Translations under genes and position numbers: made by a program
In this document: positions 58,742 to 64,000 of the stretch, one piece after another
Layout: each line of letters starts with the position of its first letter
Position numbering within the stretch: position 1 is the first letter of the stretch
Assembly (NCBI GenBank): GCA_965261005.1
Contig: OZ253375.1
Coordinates: 1,408,001 to 1,472,000 of the forward strand
DNA: 64,000 nucleotides
Direction: 5' to 3'
Origin: Deinococcus sp.
GTDB taxonomy: Bacteria > Deinococcota > Deinococci > Deinococcales > Deinococcaceae
The notes under the pieces: model-generated
Databases searched by the model: none
Seen by the model: only the letters and a program-made list of their open reading frames with translations
Told to the model about the DNA's origin: nothing

Positions 58742-59068
58742 CTACAGCGCCGAGACGGCCAGCCGCGACAGCCACCCCGATTTCTTGCCCAGCAACTCGA
58801 ACAGCGTCACCGGCTCGCCGCGCTGTCGTGCCCGCACGGCCGGCACCCGTTCCGGCGAGCACCAGCACAACACCCCGCCGATACTCACGCCCAGACAGTA
58901 CACGCGCCCGGAAAGGTGTAAGGCGCGCAACGCCCGCCGCGTGCTCGCCAGGTCTGAAGTCGTAGGGTCGCCCTGGAAGACATAGGCGGCCAGCTCCAGG
59001 GTGTTCATCGCCGGCCCCTCTAGGGCTTCGAGAATGCCGCGTTGCACTTTGCCGGGGCCTCGGCTCAT
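58742..59068 (-). CDS. Hypothetical protein, possible winged helix
   Basis: MSRGPGKVQRGILEAL..TLELAAYVF..STRRALRAL pattern. Confidence 0.55.
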   Translation of the reverse strand: MSRGPGKVQRGILEALEGPAMNTLELAAYVFQGDPTTSDLASTRRALRALHLSGRVYCLGVSIGGVLCWCSPERVPAVRARQRGEPVTLFELLGKKSGWLSRLAVSAL

Positions 59069-59275
59069 GGCCCAAGTGTGCCGCTAAGTGTTGCGAGGGG
59101 GAAGGGGCGACGGAACACTTGGCGAGTACAAAACGGATGGAAAGTGCCGACTATCGCGGGAGAAAGATTTACGGCCGTGGCGTATTGAAGCGGCGTCCTG
59201 CGGTTCTTCATCTGCTGGCCCGCCTGTACGAAGTTTCCGGCTGACGGTGCTGGGCGTTCTGCTTACAGTGGAGGG

Positions 59276-59458
59276 ATGAACAGCGTGGCGTGCGCCTGTG
59301 GCCGGGAGTGGCGCTTCCGAGCACACCCGCGCGGTCACATCGTCTACAGCAAGGGACGGGGCGCCTGGACCCCTTGGCCGGACAACCCGTGGCCCAGCAC
59401 CATCGAAAAGTTCCGCTGCGTTTGCGGAAAGCACTTGCGCCTCGACACGTTGAAGTAA
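59276..59458 (+). CDS. Small putative zinc-ribbon protein
   Basis: CACG...CVCG pairs in 60 aa; GGAGG just upstream; fills the gap before a convergent gene. Confidence 0.5.
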   Translation: MNSVACACGREWRFRAHPRGHIVYSKGRGAWTPWPDNPWPSTIEKFRCVCGKHLRLDTLK

Positions 59459-59463
59459 GGCGC

Positions 59464-60483
59464 TCACACTTCCCCCGGCAAGCCGCCGTGAACTTCGATT
59501 CTCGCCAGCGGGGCCGCGCGGCCCGCTCGCCGCTCTTGCATGGCCTCAAGTTCGTGCATGGCCTTGTACAATTGCCGCTCCAGGTGCGCCTCGTAGCGTT
59601 GCAGCTTCTCCAGGGTACGTTCGTCGGGCAGGGTGTGCGCCGCCTCTTGGCGCAGTTCGGCCGCCCGCGCGAGGTACTTGGGCAACACGGCGGCCTCGCG
59701 CTCCCAAGTCCACAGCGCCGGGTGCGCCGCCTCCTCCAGCTTGTTCCCGAAGACCTCGCGCACCAGGGCCAGCACGCCGGGCAGTTCGGCGGCCTCCCAT
59801 GCCCATTCGTCATCTTCGATCCACTGCACGGCCTCGCGGCTGGGCTTGGGGGTGTTCAGGGCCGCACCCGCGATGCGCTTGGCGCTCACCTTCTTGTTTT
59901 TGAGCGCCTGCAAGGCCCACTCGCCCAACAGGGAAACGGCGCTCTCGTCCGTTGGGAAGTGGTCGTTTTGGCCGGCAAGGTAGGCGCGCAGGAACGTCGA
60001 GGCGTTCGAGCGTTCCCGCACCGCCTCTTCCACGTCTTCGACCACCTCAATGCTCAGGGCGTGTTCGCCGCTGAGGTAGGGCAGGACGCGGCGCATGGCG
60101 GCGCGCAGGTCTTCGGCGCCCATGTAGGGCACGGGGGCATTCTTGCGAGCGTCGAGTTCGGCCAAGGCGCGCAGGTGGGGGCTTGAATTGCCCAGCACCA
60201 GTCCGGCCACGGCTTTGCGGGTGAGCTTGCCCAGTTCGGCCGCTTCCCAACCTTCCAAGCGCGACAGGCGCCACAGGGTCATGGCGACACGCCCGGCCAG
60301 CTTTTCTTCGAGGTAGCCCACGGGGGCGAGGCTATCGAGCACGCCGGCGCGGTGAAGGTCATAGGCGTCGCGCTCGAAGTCGGGCACGCTTTCGGAGAGG
60401 GCGCCGTGCTTGCGGGGGTTGAGGGCGCGCGGGTCGGGGGGCAGCAGCTCTTGGGTTTGTTTGGTAATTTCGCTGTTTGTCAT
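59464..60483 (-). CDS. Hypothetical mobile-element protein (NxxKHG...WRLxR...RYEAHLERQLYK)
   Basis: GGAGG RBS; helical; co-oriented with the replication genes. Confidence 0.75.
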   Translation of the reverse strand: MTNSEITKQTQELLPPDPRALNPRKHGALSESVPDFERDAYDLHRAGVLDSLAPVGYLEEKLAGRVAMTLWRLSRLEGWEAAELGKLTRKAVAGLVLGNSSPHLRALAELDARKNAPVPYMGAEDLRAAMRRVLPYLSGEHALSIEVVEDVEEAVRERSNASTFLRAYLAGQNDHFPTDESAVSLLGEWALQALKNKKVSAKRIAGAALNTPKPSREAVQWIEDDEWAWEAAELPGVLALVREVFGNKLEEAAHPALWTWEREAAVLPKYLARAAELRQEAAHTLPDERTLEKLQRYEAHLERQLYKAMHELEAMQERRAGRAAPLARIEVHGGLPGEV

Positions 60484-60498
60484 GGGAACCTCCAAAGA

Positions 60499-60873
60499 TC
60501 AGGGCTGCCAGGCCGCGTGGGCGGTCCACAGCCTGAAGAGGGTGTGTTCAAGATCGCCGCCCGTCGCGTAGGTAGCGGCCCAGGTCAGCACGTACTCGCC
60601 CAGATCGGGCACTAGACCGTTTTCAAGTTGGGTGACGCGTCGCAAGTGCCCGACCGCCGCCGCGCGCACCATGCGGGCCAGCGGTTCGGGCAGCGGGGCG
60701 AAGTCCTGACGGGCATACAGGTGGGCCAGCACGGCGCCCTTGTGTTCGCGCACATCGGCCAGCAGTTCGGCGGGAATACCGCTCGCCGGCTCCAACCTCA
60801 GCTTTCCCGCTGGGCTGAGCGTGACCACCACGCCCAGCCCAGCGAGGGTGTCGAGCAAGCTCTGAGCATTCAC
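60499..60873 (-). CDS. Hypothetical protein with TubC-N-docking-like N-terminus
   Basis: LLDTLAGLGVVVTL..GKLRL..P..LLADVREHKGAVLAHL; GTGA-coupled to the primase gene. Confidence 0.7.
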   Translation of the reverse strand: MNAQSLLDTLAGLGVVVTLSPAGKLRLEPASGIPAELLADVREHKGAVLAHLYARQDFAPLPEPLARMVRAAAVGHLRRVTQLENGLVPDLGEYVLTWAATYATGGDLEHTLFRLWTAHAAWQP

Positions 60874-63638
60874 AGCTCCACCGCGTCCGGCTGACCTTCC
60901 GAAAAAACACCGGAAACACCCGAAACACCTTCAAGCCCCTCTGGCACGGCGTTTTCAGCCCGGTGTTTCTCCGGCATCTTTAGGGGTGTTTCGACAAACA
61001 CCGGGCGTTTGTCCGGTGTTTCGCTTAAAGCGGTGTTTTCAAGAAATGTCGTGCTGGACAGCGTTGCTTGGTCCTGTCCCGGTGTTATCGGTGTTTCAGG
61101 TATTTTTTTCCGCGTCTCTACCGCTTCCACCCGGTACGCGGCGTTGCCGGTGGCGGTCTTGCCGGCCGCCCGGATACGGTGGCCCCCAAACACCCGGTCC
61201 CGCCGTTGGGTGACGGCCCGCCCCACCCGCTTGAGGGCAGAGGCGCTTTGCCGACCTTCCCAGTAATCCGAACAGGCGTCAAGCCGCCGCATGGCCGCGT
61301 AGAACTCGCGCGCCCCGATGCTCTCGGCCCCGTGGTGCCTGTGCAAGTCGGCCAGTACCGCCGCCCACTCTTGCGGCTCAGAGTTGGCCGTTTCGTACAG
61401 CGCCTCACGGGCGCTGAGAAAGCCCGGCACGCCGGCCACGTCCAGAATGCCGCCGATGGTCGCCGTGTAACTCTCATAGCTGCCCAGCTTGCCGGTGCCG
61501 GCCGGACGGCCCGCCTGAAGCCAAGCGGTAATCAAACTGAGGCACGCCGACACCAGCATTGAGCGGTTCTCCTTCACCCACCCCAGCAAGTCCGGGTGTC
61601 TGAAGCCGGTGCGTTCTTCGGGCCGTTCCACGCCGGGGTCAAGCCGGATGGGCACGATACGGCGGGGCATGTCGTCGTCTAGTGCGACGTTGTTCCCGGT
61701 CGCCAACCACAGGGCGTCATTGGGCAGGGTGAGCATTTTGCTCTTGCCCAACAGGCGCCCCCGCCAAACGCGGGCGGTCAGGATGGCGGCCAGCGCCTCG
61801 CCCTTGAGGGTGTGAACGTTATCGAGCAAGATCACCCGCGCCCCCTCAAGCAGGGTGCTCGTCACGCGCTTCTCGAATTCGTCGCCGTCCCTGGGCTGGA
61901 CCATCACGCCAGCCGCGTGGCCCAGCGTGACGTGGGCGATCACCTCGGATAACAGCCCCTTCCCGCTGCCGCGCGTGGGGGCTTCGATCAGGTGTAGGGG
62001 GGTGGGGCCGTCAATCATGGCGCGCACGAAGGGCAGCAGCAGCGCGGCCAGGGTGTGCGCGAAACCGGCGTCATAGGGAGAGAAGGGAAAGTCTTGCAGC
62101 AACTCGCGTATCCAGCCCAGCGCAGTTTCGCCGGACATGTCGGCGCGCACCCCGTCCAAAGCGCCGGGGACAAGGTAGATACCGCTCGCGGCGTGGTAGC
62201 CGGCTTCATGGATCAGCTCGCCGGCCGCGCTGAATACGGGCGAGCTGGCGAGGGTGTGTAACGGCGACAAGGGCAGTTGGTCCACGCGGGCCAAGAGGTC
62301 CGGGGCAAGGTCGGCGGGCGGCCGGGCGGGCTTGTGGTCGGAGATGGTCTGCTTCTGCCCATCCTCATTGGTCTGAACTTGCTCTTTCACGATCACGAAG
62401 TCAGCCACGCGGTCTAGACGCCCCTTGAGCGCCACGGCGTCCAGAGAGATAAGGCGCTGGGCGCTTTCCAGTCGCACCAGCACGCCGCCACGCTTGAAGA
62501 TGACGGGCGGCTCATTGGCGGCGATCAGGGCGCGCTCGGCGTCGGCGGCCACGTCGCGCAAATGCCGGTCATTGGTGGCGATCACGGGACGCTGGCCGGG
62601 CGCGGGGTGCCCGCTTTTGGGCAGGGCCGGCACGCTGTAGCCCTGTTCGCGCAGATACGGCAAACCGCGCGCCCGGTCGGTCTTGCCCTCGCGCACGTTG
62701 TCGGCCCAGCGGTTCACTTCGGCGCCCCACTCTTCTGGAGTGCGGCTGGAGTCCGGGCACCACAGGACCAGCACTTCAGGACTTTTCAGTCCTTCGGCCA
62801 TTGCGTCCAAATTGCCGGCCCGCTGGCCCAGGTTGAGGAAGGCGGCCAGGGCGTCATGTCGCGCGTCCGGGGCTTTCTGTGAGGCCACCTCTAGCAGCAG
62901 CGGCACCGCTTCGGGGGCTAGATCGCCCTCAGCAGAGAGGGCCGGGCCGGTCGGATTTGTGGCCGTAGCCTTGGGCGCCTGTGCCAAGTCGCGCAACGTC
63001 TCGGCGGGGTTGGGCTTGATCCACTCGGCCAGCTCATCGGCAGGAATGCGGTCGCCTTCGGGCGTCTCAAGCCAGGTCTTGCCCAGCCGGTCGCCGTTCG
63101 GTTTCAGGGCGCCGTGATAGGGGATAAGGACCCAACGCGAGGCGGGCGTGTCGCCCATCGGGTACACCTCAGTGCTGGCCTTGAGTTTGGCGAGCCGGGC
63201 CAACCCCTTCAGCGCGTTGCGCATGACGCCATAGGGCAAGGGGGCGTCTGACCACAGCCACAAGTGCCAGCCTTTGCCAGAGGTGGAGCGTTCGAGATAG
63301 ACGCTTAGCCCCCGTTCGCGCGCCGCTTCGAGCACGGCCGCTTTAGTGGCCTCCATCATCTCGCCGGGGTAATCCTTGGCGTCAAGGTCCAGCAGGCCCA
63401 CGGGCGTTTCGTTGGCGAAGCCGGGCAGATAGCCAAGCCCGTAGGTCGCCGTCTTGCCGCCTATACCCAGATGGCGCCTGAGCATGTCGGACGTGACCGG
63501 CTCGCCTTCTTTGGTCACGACCTGTTTTTTGCCCTGGGCGGTCGTGCCGGTGTGGCGGCCATGCTTATTGAGGTTGGGCGGGAAATACGCGGCAAAGGTG
63601 GTGAGCACATCCAGCTCAAGGGTTGGAGCGGCGGTCAT
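60870..63638 (-). CDS. AEP-type primase fused to P-loop helicase-like domain (replication protein)
   Basis: LLDLD and ERSTSGKGWHLW primase motifs; APTRGSGKG Walker A, ILLDNV Walker B, ATGNN motif C. Confidence 0.85.
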   Translation of the reverse strand: MTAAPTLELDVLTTFAAYFPPNLNKHGRHTGTTAQGKKQVVTKEGEPVTSDMLRRHLGIGGKTATYGLGYLPGFANETPVGLLDLDAKDYPGEMMEATKAAVLEAARERGLSVYLERSTSGKGWHLWLWSDAPLPYGVMRNALKGLARLAKLKASTEVYPMGDTPASRWVLIPYHGALKPNGDRLGKTWLETPEGDRIPADELAEWIKPNPAETLRDLAQAPKATATNPTGPALSAEGDLAPEAVPLLLEVASQKAPDARHDALAAFLNLGQRAGNLDAMAEGLKSPEVLVLWCPDSSRTPEEWGAEVNRWADNVREGKTDRARGLPYLREQGYSVPALPKSGHPAPGQRPVIATNDRHLRDVAADAERALIAANEPPVIFKRGGVLVRLESAQRLISLDAVALKGRLDRVADFVIVKEQVQTNEDGQKQTISDHKPARPPADLAPDLLARVDQLPLSPLHTLASSPVFSAAGELIHEAGYHAASGIYLVPGALDGVRADMSGETALGWIRELLQDFPFSPYDAGFAHTLAALLLPFVRAMIDGPTPLHLIEAPTRGSGKGLLSEVIAHVTLGHAAGVMVQPRDGDEFEKRVTSTLLEGARVILLDNVHTLKGEALAAILTARVWRGRLLGKSKMLTLPNDALWLATGNNVALDDDMPRRIVPIRLDPGVERPEERTGFRHPDLLGWVKENRSMLVSACLSLITAWLQAGRPAGTGKLGSYESYTATIGGILDVAGVPGFLSAREALYETANSEPQEWAAVLADLHRHHGAESIGAREFYAAMRRLDACSDYWEGRQSASALKRVGRAVTQRRDRVFGGHRIRAAGKTATGNAAYRVEAVETRKKIPETPITPGQDQATLSSTTFLENTALSETPDKRPVFVETPLKMPEKHRAENAVPEGLEGVSGVSGVFSEGQPDAVEL
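60905..61105. repeat. Iteron-like array (AAACACC/GGTGTTT), about 12 copies in both orientations
   Basis: AAACACC at 60905, 60914, 60923, 60996; GGTGTTT-like at 60948, 60962, 60985, 61004, 61015, 61032, 61081, 61090, 61099. Confidence 0.75.
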
Positions 63639-63943
63639 GCCTGACCGCCTAGCTCGCCGCCCTCATGCCGGGCCAGCCACAGCAGGGCGTCTAGGGCGCG
63701 CACGGTGTAGAAGGCGGCCGGGCGCTGGGCCTCTAACTCGCGGTAGCGGCGGGCAGCGGCCGGGTCGTGCTGCGCTTCTTCGAGCAAGGCCCGCATTCGC
63801 TCGTTCAGGTCCCGCGCTTCGAGCCGAGCGAGCGCTAGGGCGTCTTGTAGTTCGACGGTCTGCTGGGCGAGGGCGACAGGATCGCTTACACTAAAGCCAG
63901 CGCCGCCCGCGCTGGCCTCGCCTGGAGTAAGCAGGCGGGGCAT
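63635..63943 (-). CDS. Hypothetical coiled-coil protein
   Basis: ATGA-coupled to the primase gene; GAGG upstream. Confidence 0.65.
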   Translation of the reverse strand: MPRLLTPGEASAGGAGFSVSDPVALAQQTVELQDALALARLEARDLNERMRALLEEAQHDPAAARRYRELEAQRPAAFYTVRALDALLWLARHEGGELGGQA

Positions 63944-63946
63944 TTT

Positions 63947-64000
63947 TTAGTTCACCTCTTTCAAGTCCAGCCACCCTTGCAAGACTTCGCGGGCATCTGG
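63947..64000 (-). CDS. 3' end of an ORF running off the window
   Basis: ..PDAREVLQGWLDLKEVN* ends 3 bp before the next ATG. Confidence 0.45.
   Translation of the reverse strand, partial: PDAREVLQGWLDLKEVN

Larger units (their letters stand above)
49154..64000. mobile_element. tRNA-Gln-integrated element (phage-satellite/IME-like); continues past the window end
   Basis: Integrase abuts the tRNA 3' end; Xre, primase-helicase, small orphan ORFs and R-M cargo; no structural genes seen in the window. Confidence 0.85.

Noticed and set aside
60905..61105. Possible CRISPR array
   Set aside because: Repeats are 7 bp, in both orientations, irregularly spaced and inside a CDS; no CRISPR array or cas gene was seen anywhere in the window

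Overview
High-GC chromosomal window from a Deinococcaceae-like bacterium. Evidence for the lineage: GlnRS with a C-terminal Yqey domain, a loop-less CC-adding-type nucleotidyltransferase, many TAnnnT-N5-8-start (leaderless) genes and two RDRM-like motifs. Positions 1-49153 are mostly housekeeping: metG tail, fatty-acid beta-oxidation genes, citrate synthase, deoC-maf-mreCD-pbp2, glnS, recR, three roadblock genes, a heterodimeric ABC exporter, a tRNA cluster-tuf-rpmG-secE-nusG-rplKAJL block, argB and six tRNAs. From tRNA-Gln(TTG) at 49153 to the window end lies an integrated phage-satellite-like element. It has a tyrosine integrase, an Xre regulator and an AEP primase-helicase whose 3' end carries an iteron-like array. 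Its cargo is an MmeI-like type IIL R-M gene split by an IS66 (8-bp target duplication; a 952-aa ORF is restored on removal), a candidate lipase effector with a coupled exported low-GC partner, and several orphan ORFs. Non-coding highlights: two copies of a ~430-480 bp element with ~75-bp G-quadruplex-motif inverted ends, RDRM-like boxes upstream of a sedolisin/CC-adding enzyme/amylase operon and of a candidate sRNA, a duplicated tRNA-Gly 5' fragment, and near-identical hairpins directly after two different tRNAs. All product calls come from motif recognition by eye; no database searches were run.
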